Source: Trichosphaerium sp. ATCC 40318
Taxonomy: Eukaryota; Protista; Tubulinea
Reading direction: 5' to 3'
Assembly: GCA_038496445.1 (NCBI GenBank)
Contig: JALMLS010000316.1
Span: 70,012 to 134,011, forward strand
Length of the DNA: 64,000 bases
Shown in pieces: positions 10,448 through 23,659 of the stretch. The translations under genes and the position numbers were made by a program. Position 1 is the stretch's first letter, and each line of letters starts with the position of its first letter. A model generated the notes under the pieces. The model was not told where the DNA came from. It did not search any database and worked only from the letters and a program-made list of their open reading frames with translations.

Positions 10448-13400
10448 ATGGCTTCACGTACAAGGGGTTCCCCTACCCTTGCAAAGGGTGCACCGTCTAA
10501 AGTCAAAGTAATTGTACGACTGCGGCCGTTTCTAGACAGAGAAACAAAAGGAAGATGCGTATCAGTAGAACCAAGTGCTATTCGACTCGCAGATTCGCGT
10601 AGAATGTCTTCTGAAGAATTAAAATACGCGTACGTTCAGTTTTGATCGAATGTAGTAATACCATTGGGTTTGACACTTATTGAACTATCAGTTTCGACCA
10701 TTGCTACGATAAACAAACAGACACCAGGACAATTTGGAAAAAGGAGATTCTACCAAATCTTAATCAAGTATTACGCGGTGTGCACGCTACAATATTTGCA
10801 TACGGAATGACTGGAGCTGGTAAGCATAAACGATTTTATGTTTTTGAAAAAAATGTAACGTATAATTCTGACAGTTTGGTTTTAGGCAAAACCTTCACTA
10901 TGCAAGGGAATGATAAGAAACCGGGTACGTTTTTTAGAAAAAAATTCATTTGCGTCGTTTTAGCTTTTATTGACGTTGATCGCAGGTATAATCCCTTTAA
11001 CTGTTCAACACGTACTCAAGCAGTTAAATGGACCACAAACGACGCGAAATGGAGGAAGTAAAGTGTCGATAAGCATTGGTTTTATTCAAATTTACAACGA
11101 AAAAGTTTTTGACTTATTGAACGCTACTGGGAAGGACTTACCAGTTCGAAAAAGCAGTAGCGGTGAAACCGTAATTTCAGGTCTTCACGAGGTACGTCAA
11201 AGTGATGATTCAAGGAGCACAAACTCTTTTAAAAATAAAACAAATACAAAAAAACGGTCGAATTTGAAAATCATTTTTACCGGTCTGTACACGGATTATT
11301 TTTGTTACTAGTCGCCCCTTTTGAGTTTCGTGCAATGTATCTTAACGGTAGTAGGAACCTTTGGAATCTTACGATATGTTTACTGAGTTATATCACGATG
11401 CTTTATCGAGACGATTTACTGGCTCTACAAAGCTTAATAATGAGTCATCGAGAAGTCATTCGGTACTCATGTTGCGTATAAAAACAGTGACACAGACAAG
11501 GGTATGCAAGCGTTATTTTGAAACGTCCTTTTAAAAACCAAAAATGAGCAAAATGATTTTCTATTTTTCACGTGTTTTTCGCATCTCGTTTTTACTGACA
11601 TTTGCTTAGATCATTACTGGTAAAGTAAATCTGATTGATCTTGCTGGTAATGAGGACAATCGTAAGACTGCTAATAAAGGTACGGGCTTTTTTTTTGTTA
11701 GAGCGTCAGTGCATACTCGTTGCGAGTATTTTTTTTCTTTGTATTACGTTAAGGTGTTTTCGGCGTTGACTCGTTTGTTTTTAGGAATGCGCCTAACAGA
11801 ATCGCAAAATATTAACAACTCTTTGTTTGTCCTATCAAAAGTCGTAACTGCCTTAAACAAAGGCGCTATACGCGTACCATACCGAGACTGTAAATTAACA
11901 AGACTTCTACAAGTACGTTTTTTTTTTTTTTGGAAATCTTTTCGTTTCATTTGTGCTTTATTTGGATTTACGCACGTGTTGTATTCGATACTTTTTTGTA
12001 TCACATATCTGTATTTGCATACACTCAAAATAGACGTTGTGTACTTTGTACCGTAATTCAAGAATTCTTGATGATTACCACTTTTTTCTCATTTTTTCTC
12101 TTTTTTATAGGATTCTTTGGGAGGAAGGAGTAACGCTATCATGATTGCTAATATAGCACCATCTGTAGAACATTTTCAAAATACATACTATACTCTCAAT
12201 TTTGCTAGTAAATCCAGAGAGGTAGTCAATGCACCTGTTGCACATTCAGGTACGTCAAGAAAAAAGTTTGAAAAGAAAATTTTTCAAGAATTGCGCTCCC
12301 AGACATTTCGTTCCTTTGTGCCATTATCCACGTACTCACATGTTTTTTTAGAAGCTGTTACACCTCCAGCACGACCTGTAAATAAGAAACGTATGTGGCA
12401 ATCATTTTTGTTGGTCTTACTTGTTGCTAACGAACATTTTAGCTATAACCTACTTTGTTGAGGAGTATAGTGAAAACAGTAAGCGAGGAGGTAGAACACG
12501 TATGCGTTTACCTCTACCGCGACCTGCCATTGATAACAAACGTAAGCATATATTTTACATTCTCCAGAGCTTACAAGTTGATAGATTTGGTTAATCAGAC
12601 GCAATTTGAGAGTCTAATAAGACGAGTTCGAAAGTGAGTTTTAGAACAAAAGTATTTTTTTTTTTCAATCTTCCTTCTAATCTCTTTGCTTCAGTATTGA
12701 GAAGGAAACACGTACAAAGACCCCTCAGTTTAGAGCAAAAGCTCATAATGCCATTGATCCTAATTTGGCTGCAATTGTTGTAAAGACCCCAGCTAAATTG
12801 AGGAACTTGAGCAAAGAAGAAAGAGCCGAGTACGTTTTTTGGGTTTAGGTGTTTTACAAATACTGACTTTGTTATCTTTCAGAAAATCGTGCGAGCTTGT
12901 TAAAGTTGCACGAAAGCACGATAAATTAGGACTACACGCTCAGAGTCTTATGGAGTTTACACAAGGTACACACTAATCCCTTTAACTTTCGCAATTTTTT
13001 CTCATTTTATTCTTATCTAATTAAAAAAACAACACTCATATTGCTTGTTTATATATTCATGTATTATTATTACAGCCCAACGTTTCTTGGATAAGAGTGA
13101 TCCGAAATTCCAAGGATTGAACATAAAGATACAGAAGAGGATAGATAGGCTACGACGCCTTATAAACGAAAATGGAGCTGGCTTTGACAATGAAGAAAAC
13201 ATGGTTCCTAACCGTCGGTCGTCACAAAAGCCAGGATCACTCAAAGTAAGTTAGCGCATGTCTAGACTTGTAAGGTACCTCTTCTTCTCTAATATCTACA
13301 TAGCGTAAGACAAGTGTTTCAGAGACAAAACCAAGAACTAAAGCAAGAAAAAAAAGTACTGAGTTTTCTGCAGCTCAAATTAGAGTTGTTCAAGTTAACT

Positions 13401-13851
13401 TGAGGGAGTACACAGAAAAAGTTTTAAAAGGTGAAAAGGCTGTACGTTTCTTTTAGTTTTTGTTATACTATGTTATGTATTTTTTTGACGTTGTTGTTTA
13501 TAGCCTGAGAGGATGAGGGAGATTTTAGATATTTTCAATTCACGTGATGTTAAGGCAATCATGGGACTTAACCAAGTAGGCAAAAAACGCGCAGAAGCTA
13601 TTGTCGCTGGTAAGAGCGGTGATCCTACATTCATATATACAGGTGTACGTTATTTAAAACAAAAAAAGAGTAGATACAAGTCAAGTTCAAACAGACGCTT
13701 TTTTGATCTTTCTTTTTTTTTTTCATTTCATAAGAATGTTGTTGTCCTTATTCGTATTCTTTAGCTTGAGGATTTAGTTCATGCTGGTTTGAGTGAAAAA
13801 GTTATAAAGACTATCATGCGAAATAATATGTTTGATTGCATGGTTTTATAG
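10448..13851 (+). CDS. KIF22: Kinesin-10 (Kid/KIF22-like) with C-terminal helix-hairpin-helix
   Basis: [73 protein letters not shown]; C-terminal [15 protein letters not shown] (HhH). Confidence 0.9.
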
Positions 13852-15046
13852 GAACCTGTTACCATTGTAAAATAAAGTGTAAAGTCATATCAATTTTATA
13901 TTACTTTTTTAGTTTTTACTGTGATATGACCTACGTAAACTGTTTGTGATCCATAGGTATCTTAAACAGCTATGTTGTAGTACTATACGATAGTCCTTTC
14001 TTGGTAATTTCAGCCACCAAAAACAAAAGGGGAGGTGGCGGCACGTGCATTTTTCTCGCGCTGATTTTGTTCCCAATCAAGGGAGGTGTCAGGATACGCG
14101 AGCTTTGTTATGGTAGGCGGGTACAGAGCCCTATAAAGGGCCTGTATTCCTCGTCTGGAAGGATGTTCAATGATGTGTGTAAACGCAGTAGCGGTGTCGC
14201 AATTGTCGCCATAGTAATACAGCTACCGCCTACTCTTTACCTGCGCTTACAAGGACAATGAAACATTTGAGGTTATAGGACGTTAGTTCAGCGATAGTTA
14301 TTCATTCACATTTGGTGTGTTGAGAGTTTAGTCATAGTTTCGAAGTAAACACGTCTCCTTGGCTGACTTAAGCAATCCCTTACAACTTGTCTTAAATGTC
14401 GGGTTTAAACTGGAATGCCTCGCTAAATGGTTCTTGACTTGTTGTCTACTTCCTGTGAATCCAGTGTGACTACAGTTTCGCCGATTTAGCTGGCTATCAG
14501 AATGAATCCAACAGACGTTTGCTATTGGTATGCTATCGTACTACTGCCGCTCCCCACTGACAAAACTGAATTGAAGCGCATTTGTAGTATGACTTTGAAA
14601 TTGAAAAAAAAATAGTGGTATACAAAAACTACTACAACCCATAGAATATGTGGTACTGGTAGCTAAGGATATCTTTTTGGAAAGTTAGGGTCAGGGCAAC
14701 TTTCTTCAAAAATGAAAAATCATCTTGTTTTCGGAAAGTTGACGAAAATTCAGCAAGAAAAACGTGACGTCACTACGAAAGTATTCTTCTCTTACCATAA
14801 TTCAGCATCTTTCAATAGTAATAAGTGTATATTGTTGCCTCTGTTTGTTGTAAACCATGATTTTGTATTATTTTCACGAAGGATTATTACCAACAGATCT
14901 GACGACCGAAACTTAACGAGTTTTTAGCTGATTAATCGGTTGGACGCAAGTTGTCAAACAGTTCTTTACGATTGGTAATAATCATACGATAGTACAAACA
15001 ATTCATTTACTTTAGTGACTAGGAACTTTTGTATTTGTGTTTGCGA

Positions 15047-16996
15047 ATGACATCTAAGAGTTCAGTCACTTACACGCTAGTTGAAGCCGCAATCCAATGT
15101 TTGGACGATAATGTACGTTACACTTTTTGGTCCGGTTTAAAAAGGTTACAATAGCGTCTATATAAGTTTTAAGTGTTATTAGGGAGGTAGCCCTTCAATG
15201 CATGCGAAAGCGATTGCTGAATATTGCATCTCGAAAGGTTGGATGAACAACACCAAAACACCTCATAATTCAATATCATCCGCTCTAAACGTCCATATAA
15301 AAAAGAGCGGAAATCAATCGTATTTTGAAAAAGTTGCTCCAGCTTGCTACGCGCTCTCAAAGTACTATAATAGCCTAAAGAATGAAATGGAGGACGATTT
15401 GATGCTTGAAGAAAAGGATTTCAACGATGAGGAAAAACCAAAACTAAAAATCACGCTAAAGGTTGCCAGCGCTAATACCTCATCTCAAAATGGCGTCTCG
15501 CAAGTCCATGCGTTAGAAAAGCAGTTAGAAAATCTTAAAAAAGTTTACACATCGGACGTAAGTGGTTGGAAACAAAAGTATTTGGCGTCAGTAGTTGAGA
15601 ACAAGGCTTTAAAAAAAAAGCTTGGTAAATTGGAGCAAGAAGTACAGATATTGAAGTATGGTAACCCAAGTACGTTATTCAACGCACTAGATCAATAATT
15701 CTTCCATTCTAATTTATAATACTGCAGATCACCAGGTAGATAACGTTAGGGATTTATTGTGTAAGATTCTTACGCCTTACAACTGTGTCTAAACTGTTTT
15801 TTTGCTTTCTTTTTTCAATATTTCGGAAAAGCGTAGATCAAGATTTTTACATGCTGTTTTTATTCACTGAAATGATGAAACGTTGAATGTACTTATTTGT
15901 TCACTTTTAGATCGTGGTATGGGTAATCCTCTATGCCCTTGGTACCTCCCTAATGAAGCATTTCATTCTCTACCATGGCGAACTGTAAAGAACCATTACC
16001 AATCGGAAATAAGTGCATTTAATGCGCCAACAATTTACAACTTTGTTTCGACGCTATTCACTTCTACTGCGCCAGACTCGTGGTATATTTCGCGAATCTT
16101 GGCTATTGATAACAAAGACCCTCTACAGACAATGTTCCAACGAAGAATGCAAACAATGGGTGAGATAGGCGCTTTCGGCAAATATCACGTGCAGTTTTTT
16201 TGGTAACTTTGTTTTACTGTTTAGATATGCGAGCAAATGATCCTACGTTTGCACCTTCATGGAAAAGTGAGGCAAACGTTCCTTTGCGATCTCAATTATT
16301 AAGAAGACTTCAGTCTTTTGAGTGTACCGATCCAAGACAAGTATGTAAGTTTGTATGGGCATGGCATGGAACAGATCCTAAGTATGTTGATCAAATATGT
16401 AATGCTGGATTTGCTGCTATTGGAAAAACGGACTCAGGTTTGACGTTGAAATAATATACGTAGCTCTTTGGTACTAACATCAGTTTTTGTAGGATACTTT
16501 GGTAACGGAATATATGGTTCTATCCAAGCTAAGTATTCTGGTACTGTATACACAAAACACAAATGTTTATTGCTATGTGTAATGTCATTCCTCAACGTAT
16601 TTCCAGTTGTACGTTCCTTGCTTTTTTTGGTCAATTACAACATAAACTTGTTTTTTTCCCACTTCGTTCACGTGTTTGTTCCGCTTCGATTGTTAACCTT
16701 GTTCAGGTTCATGATGATATGAAGATGCTTATGGGAAAGAATGCATATAAAACATATGATGCTCATTATATACCAGTAGTACCACGTGATCCAAATGATC
16801 CTGATGAGACAATATTTTACGGACTTGATAAAAAAACACTGTTCCTGTTTACGACGAATTTGTTGTGTTTGAGGTACGGTTACTCAACCTAACGTTAGAA
16901 ACTCAACTCATATTTGATATTTAGGAATCACAAATTCTACCTAGATTCGTTGTGTATTATGAAGATGCTGAAGAGAATTCAATGGATTGTGATTAA
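15047..16996 (+). CDS. HARE-HTH + coiled coil + PARP-type ADP-ribosyltransferase domain protein (1-nt frameshift in an A7 run at 16830-16836)
   Basis: HARE-HTH pattern TLVEAAIQCL..PSMHAKAIAEYCISKGW..KTPHNSISSALNVHI..FEKVAPACYAL. ART motifs WHGT, GYFGNGIY, YDEFVVFEESQILPRFVV. Intron 15670-15910 joins the halves in frame. Confidence 0.75.
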
Positions 16997-17602
16997 GAAT
17001 AAATATCAAATATCAACAACTCACAGAGTGCTGACGTTCCTAACTATCTTGATAAAAGGTGTACAAATGCAAATAACCAATCTCAGCTCGTCTCTTTCTT
17101 AAAACTCCACTACTTGCGCTCTAATTTCTCGAGAGTTTTCTCTATGCGTAGCAGTAGCGTGTAACCCATGATTCATTCTCGTTAAAGCGAGGGTGCTTTG
17201 AAAATGCTTAGTGTGAATGCAAAAGCCATTAGTTATGATCAACATGGGTAGTGTTGACTACCAGGCAACTTTGTACACCTGAGTAAGCAGTCTCCATTTA
17301 TGGGTTTGTTACGAAATTGGAGTTTATTAAGTGAGCTAGAAGTACTTGTTCGCTAGAAAACCACTAGAAATACGTATATTCATGTATTGCGACAAAAATA
17401 GAGCGAAATTTGAACTACTCCGCCTTAGAGTGTATATCCGCCGCATGTATGTTGTAGCGATTAGTGAGCATGTTGGTGTACAAACCCGTACGTAACAACA
17501 CAATATACGATCGTATATTTGTCCACGAAAAACCTTAAAAAAGAAACTCCACCTGCTTACCTTAATTACAAATTCCTCAATACAGAAGCAACGTATCTCA
17601 CA

Positions 17603-17854
17603 ATGAAACTTCTATATACCCTCCTCATAATGACTGTACTCATTTCAGTGGCTTTATCTTCAAGAAGATCTGTATCTAACAGAGCAAACCGCCAAGTAAG
17701 CAAACGCTCAGCTGAATGGCTACCTGCTTGTTATCAACCAAGTTGTTGTGTATTCAGTCAGAGAGGTGCACGCCGTACACGTAGTGCACGCGGTAGAGGT
17801 GGTTGGTTTAAATGTGCTGCACGAGGTGAGCAGTTCTGCTGCTGGGGAAACTAG
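17603..17854 (+). CDS. 83-aa secreted prepropeptide with six cysteines (C-CC / C-CC)
   Basis: Signal MKLLYTLLIMTVLISVALS, basic pro-region ending KR, mature SAEWLPACYQPSCC...KCAARGEQFCCWGN; AATAAA shortly after the stop. Confidence 0.7.
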   Translation: MKLLYTLLIMTVLISVALSSRRSVSNRANRQVSKRSAEWLPACYQPSCCVFSQRGARRTRSARGRGGWFKCAARGEQFCCWGN

Positions 17855-18454
17855 TTGTACAACAAATAAAACGATTGTAAAAAAACAAGCTACAGTTTTT
17901 TTTATTGTTAGAGGCTACGTGAGGATAAGCCTAAGCAAATAGCGTCCTCCTAGGACGTAACGAAATGTGTAAATATTTCGTAATTGTGGGACAGTGCCAA
18001 AGCCAACAGTATTGTGTACGACTACTTTACTAAATCCCTCCTCAATCTGATGGATTTGCCTGAAAACGCTTTTTAAGGTGCCTACTTTTAAAATGTCTCT
18101 CCTAATTGTAGCAAACACGTGAGTCTTATGCTCATGTAAAGTCCTCCATAAGGTTGCACTAATGGATAGCTTGCAGAGTTGCACGAGGCTACCTATGTTC
18201 ACAAGCCATCCCGAAAAATCAGTTCAACCAATCCTGCTTTTCCTGGCTAGTACATACAAGAACAGAACACGAGCTTCAGCGCTCCAAAACTCTTCTAATC
18301 GCTCACGCCAATACTATTGAATACACCACTATTCCTTTCCTAACCTCCAATAACAGGTATACTGATAGGTTTCTGTCACTGGAACCTAGTCACACTATCA
18401 ACCGTTTCTTTTACAAAAACATAGGTAATGTTTTATTAGCCGAGATCTTTTTTG

Positions 18455-19983
18455 TCATTCAGAACGTAAACGACAAGTAATTATAGCGTTATTTAGCATA
18501 TAAAGTCTCTTCATTGCATCTCCTTCTGATAAGTAAGGAACACGAGCTACACTGACAACATCAAATCCTGCAGGATGTAGAATATTATGGTATAGATTAT
18601 TTAACTGTTGCTCAAACCTTTTTCGAAACGAATATTAGAGAAGAAACCAAAAAGACTGGTATGTGCTTAATGTGACATACCTGCGACCTGGTATGTTAAG
18701 ATGCTCTTTAGGCGATTTCCATTGTCCGTTTACTTCAACAGAGGGGTTAAAAGGAAGTACAACAGCTATAGCTAGTATCCCATCTATCAAAAAAAAAAGA
18801 GAGTTAGATTGCACCAAAAGAGCACTTTGTTGAACCATACTTGGTTTGAGCATGTTTTTTATATCTATATTATGTTGTTAAGATAACGATAATATTGTAT
18901 CCAACAGGGTACCTGATATTAATGTTAAAGGTCTATCACAACGATCAAGGAGGTTGAGGCATGATATGAAATCAAATTTTATTTGTTGTAAAACTTCATC
19001 AGTGCCAATATCGCCTGTAAGAATAGCCCTATGGTAATCTGATTAAACAATCAAACTAATAACAATGTAGCGTACTCAAATCCCATAGATTTCAAGCTTA
19101 CTACCATAGAGCTAGAGACCTCTGTAGCATATATTTTGCTAAAATATGGCTTCAACTTTATTGTGACCTAGATTTTCATTTAACACTGATCATCCCCTAA
19201 CTTTGTAACAGTTACGTTTCCAGAACCAGCACCAATATCAAGTGCAACTCCATTCTTTTCTTTAAGATTTAATACTTTTCCCCACTGTTCTGTAGACATA
19301 ACAAACATCCCTTAAACAAAATATTGAGCATGTGATTTTATGTTTTTGTATTTTTCAAAAAAAAAACCGGTGAAACTATTACGATCACAGCGCAATTGAA
19401 ACGTACTTCCTGTATTAAAGAACCCGTTTAGATCAGTTAGAGAATACCAGTTACGGAGTAATGTGTATAACATGCCTAACAAGTAACCTTGAAGGGAAAA
19501 ATTAATTAAACAAGACAAATTTTGTTGGAGGTGTAAGCACGACAACTTTTGATGAAAATTTTGACTCTTGGCTTCACGTGGTAATTAAATATTTCGCAAA
19601 AAGCTTTCAACGTACTCTTAGGTACTGCGTTATTTATAAAATCGTCTGTTTCAGCATCTCTTGATAGCTGTACCTTTGTTTGAAGTTAACACAGAATTAC
19701 TTCGTTTATATCAATCCTGTAATGCGTAAAATGGTGTGTTAATGCGTACCCACGCGGATTTAAGCTCTTTTGTAAGAAAACTTTGTTTTGCGAGGTATCT
19801 TTTGTCTATTGCTTTTAACAGCTCGCTTTCGCGGCTGGTTGAACTAGCACTACCTAATATAACGATTAGCAACAATTACAGTTTTGTCCTGTCCATACTT
19901 ATCGCAGCTCTTGTCCAGTGCTTCATTACGCCCTGAAATACTATTGCGAGTATAATACCACACACCACAGCTAGTATGCGCAT
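18455..19983 (-). CDS. METTL9: METTL9/DREV-like SAM-dependent protein-histidine methyltransferase
   Basis: MFVMSTEQW, LDIGAGSGNVT, YATEVS, ISCLNLLDRCDRP, VLPFNPSVE, RVPYLSEGD. Confidence 0.9.
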
Positions 19984-20068
19984 CCTAGGCACATACTGTA
20001 GCTGGTTTTTCAGAACTACTTTGACTTTTTTTTTATTCCGTTTTGATCATTTTTGGAAGTAGACACTA

Positions 20069-20599
20069 ATGCGCTTCGTTTTCACCTTTTGCTTATTTTT
20101 ATCGCTAGTCCTTGCAATAAAGGAGTGCGCCAAGGATACTACTCCTACTTGCGATGTTTACGACAGCTATTGTGAGGACTTCTACGAGACCAGGGGCACT
20201 AAGCAATACAACTGCTACTGGAATAGACACAAAGATGTGTGCGAGGGAGTAGAAAGGTGCATTGTAAATAACGCAACTTGTCCTGCCTATGAGTATGCTG
20301 AAACGTGTGCAAATTTTACTTCGCTTGATTGCCATAAACATTGGGTTCATGGTAGTCAACAAGGGCAAAGATGTGAATGGGATTATGATACTAAGAGCTG
20401 TGGCCAAATAGGACAGATATGCAAGGGCAGCCGCGATGATACTTGTAATACTTACCAAACTGACGATTGTAAAGACATGGAAGGTGATGTTTGTGGAAAG
20501 TTTTATGAGGACCCTGGTCACCCAAGTATTACATACAACTGTGCCTGGATCAATAACAAATGTTTGGGCGCAAGACGATGTGGTGACAAAGACTATTAA
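20069..20599 (+). CDS. Intronless secreted Cys-rich protein with about 3 internal repeats
   Basis: Signal peptide; repeated C..C..(F/H)(Y/W)....(Y/Q)xCxW...C units. Confidence 0.8.
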   Translation: MRFVFTFCLFLSLVLAIKECAKDTTPTCDVYDSYCEDFYETRGTKQYNCYWNRHKDVCEGVERCIVNNATCPAYEYAETCANFTSLDCHKHWVHGSQQGQRCEWDYDTKSCGQIGQICKGSRDDTCNTYQTDDCKDMEGDVCGKFYEDPGHPSITYNCAWINNKCLGARRCGDKDY

Positions 20600-21562
20600 T
20601 TGTTTAACTGTCGTACCAAGACACTTTAAATAAAACTCATTTTTATTCCCATTAATTACGTATCCATCTTAATTTTGCGTCTGGGTGATAGACTTCTACA
20701 CGCCTTATCCAAATACAGTTAGGTATTAGAGCATCCATAAAAGATAAGAAATGGCGGCTGAAATAAATCACAGATGAACGGTTTAAAGTTACTAGTTTTA
20801 TTTACATTTTCCACGAATTTGCGACAATTTTTACACTTATTCTGTAGCGTTGCCCCAAGTATTTATAAAGTATTGCGCTTCGTCAAACGTGTTCATACGA
20901 GAAAGAACAGGTTTACGTTTTGTTTGCGTTGTTTTGTGATTTGTAGTTCTTGTCGTTGATTGATAGTTGGTGTAAGGGCGTGCGTTGCTGTAATTAGCTC
21001 TCAGGGCGCTAGCAGCTTCGTTGCGTTCTGTGCGTGTAACTTTGCTTGGACCCATCTGATTAAACCAGGCTGCGTTTTCGCGGAGCATTCTCTTCTCTTT
21101 GGCCTCTTCTGTTCATTTTGTTTTGTTGCGTATAGTGTTCGTTGTAGTGTCTTATGCTGTTTACTTATTGTCTGAAGCTTAACTAACTATAATTAACTGA
21201 AGCAAAAGTAAAGTTTAAATTGTGTCGTTAACAAAAGTATGCTACAAAGAGCAAAAGAAATACTATACTCACACTTACAAAACCCAAAGTACAACTACTA
21301 GCATACGCTAAGTTGTAGCGACACGCTCGAGAAGAAAATGAGAAACACTTTACGAAAAAAACAAGATGATAAATATGGTTTTATTTCAACTTAGTACTTA
21401 TCAACGTAGTGTATGGAACTAAGAAGATGTTTAAAGGTAGTCGTAAAACCATCAGTTATCTGTTACGTCTCAAAAGTGTTTATTGACACAACACTCTACA
21501 AATTATTTATGGTACTTTGATTCTATTTTACATTTAATATCACATTGTTTTTGTTTATGTAT

Positions 21563-22322
21563 TTATATAGTTTCACGTTTTGCTGATTGAGTAAGAGCAG
21601 CAATAGAACTACGTCTCTTTCTCTTTTTCTTCCATCTTAATACAAACTTTGCTGTTCCAGCTCCGTCGCCGTATGAAATAAAATATCGTTGTTGAGCACC
21701 ACTTGCCAACCATGTTTTAGGTCCTTCTAGCTTAAAAGCAACAACATGCTTTCCCTGTAGATGTAAATGAGCACAAAAAAACAATCACGTGATTTACTAA
21801 TGTCAGAAAAACGCCAAAATAAACGATGTAGTTTTTCCGATGTTCCGGACTGCACGTAATCCTTGAAGCGTTGGCGCAAGAAAAACGAGTAGTTTTCGAA
21901 ACAGGCTAATTTCCAAAATTAACGAGGACGGAGTCCAATTTTCGAAAATTAGACGCCGGTTATGGGCTTTACCGTAAAAACACGTACAGCTTTTGTAACA
22001 GTCATTCTGGCTTCCGCACTTTTCTGCCAATTTACATCCCGAAATGATACTTGAAGCCGCTTTGATAGCTCAATAGCTCCATTATAAGTAGTATAATCTA
22101 AGTACGGAGTGTGAGTTATGTTGAATAAATTTAAGCACAAAGGCTGTTCAAGAGCAATTTTTCCTTACCACCGACTTGAATATTAAACTCGAAAGGTTTC
22201 TCTAGCCCAACGTGAACGCTCTCTCCCTCCGGGAGACCTTCACAAGTCTCAAGCTTTATATCCCATGCTTGGTATGTTACGCTCTTTACTCTAGGACGAG
22301 AAGAAGATAATACACGCCTCAT
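21563..22322 (-). CDS. Hypothetical protein (multi-exon) with a basic NLS-like C-terminus
   Basis: Consecutive minus-strand ORF pieces joined by GT-AG introns; ends WKKKRKRR... Confidence 0.5.
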
Positions 22323-22933
22323 ATTGTTGAGTTGCTGTGTTGTTGTGTTTATGGAAAAAAAAATGATTGGTCAATATTGGACGTTCTTGCTGGTGTGGTT
22401 CTCCGGTGTACTTTTTTCAAAAAAAAAGTCCTATATGGATTCCGCGCGTGCATAATAGTAACAAACCATTCTTAAAAAGATAAGCGGATAGTCAGGAGTG
22501 ACGCGACATTGGGCACGTGTGAGCTTTGTTTCACAAAATGCCTCAGAATGCTTTGTAGTTGAGTGTTCATACTGTCTGGATCTCTCCTACACTTGGTTTT
22601 CGCAACCGTCATGACTGTTATTAGACACAAGATGACACACGCAACACCTTAAACGTGAGTAGGTTCTATGAATCGTGGTTAAGCCAGCTTCGTAACTCGG
22701 AACTGTAGTTGCGCAAAACAACTGAAATTTATGTAAACGGCATTGTGACACGCGTGTCATAATGTCGTGAGCTGTGATTGCCACGCCAATGTCTTGTAAT
22801 CTAAAAAAGCTCAAAAAGGGTATACGCAAGGGCGTCGGTGCTAATAAAAGTAAACGTAGTGGTACAGGTACTTTTGACTATTTTTTGTACATCACGCACC
22901 TAACAAAAAATTAAAACTACATGTCTATACTAT

Positions 22934-23308
22934 TTATTGTGCGCCAAGCATGTCTTGAACGAATTTTTCGACAACAAAGACGACATATAGGTCTTCTCCT
23001 TTTGGTGGTCTCTTCATGTAAGTTTTAACAGCTCCATAACAAAACAAGCAAGCATCACCCATTGCCATAATCTTGTGGACTCCAATCGCCTCGAATCTTG
23101 CGTGTAACGCCAATATACGATCATTCAGTTGTTTACTACCTGAATCGTTGTATTCTTTAATTTTACGTTGTAAAACCGCGTCTGAGAATGATAGTTCAAC
23201 ATATTTTAAACCAGTAGATAGTTTAAACTGACGGTTGCCGTCTTTGACGTCAGTGTACTCTAGAAAGTATACGTCCGGATTTGATGGGTCTAAAGGAACT
23301 TTGTGCAT
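22934..23308 (-). CDS. Hypothetical protein or pseudogene fragment
   Basis: 124-aa open frame with protein-like composition; no recognised motif and unclear 5' end. Confidence 0.35.
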   Translation of the reverse strand: MHKVPLDPSNPDVYFLEYTDVKDGNRQFKLSTGLKYVELSFSDAVLQRKIKEYNDSGSKQLNDRILALHARFEAIGVHKIMAMGDACLFCYGAVKTYMKRPPKGEDLYVVFVVEKFVQDMLGAQ

Positions 23309-23659
23309 ACGGCAAAGCGATTATTGTTCAAATGTCCTAAAAGTCAAAGATAGTACCTACACCATGTTTGAAACTGCATATAAGGATGTGCAGCTTTACA
23401 GCGTGTGCTAAAAGCAGTTAAGGCCACTTCCTCAAATGTAGTGGCTGTAGTTATCTGCTGATCACAACGATATACATGCACAGTGTGATAACATGGAGCT
23501 TCGATTGTAAGGTATGTTGAAAATGAAACTGTACTTGTACAACTTGTAAAGCTCAATCGAACCGTCTCAATAGCAACGCACATATTGTGCAAGTCAACAG
23601 CAATATGGTAGAATATTTACATGTTTATTTATTTGTATTGTTGCTATTTCGCGCTTGTT

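Noticed and set aside
14000-14520. GC-richer open stretches on the minus strand with a C2H2-like hint (VKNHLARH)
   Set aside because: No consistent start, splice path or complete zinc-finger spacing.
17915-18420. 95-aa minus-strand ORF and an upstream PH-like phrase (SQEKQDWLN)
   Set aside because: Multiple stops and no support beyond a short resemblance.
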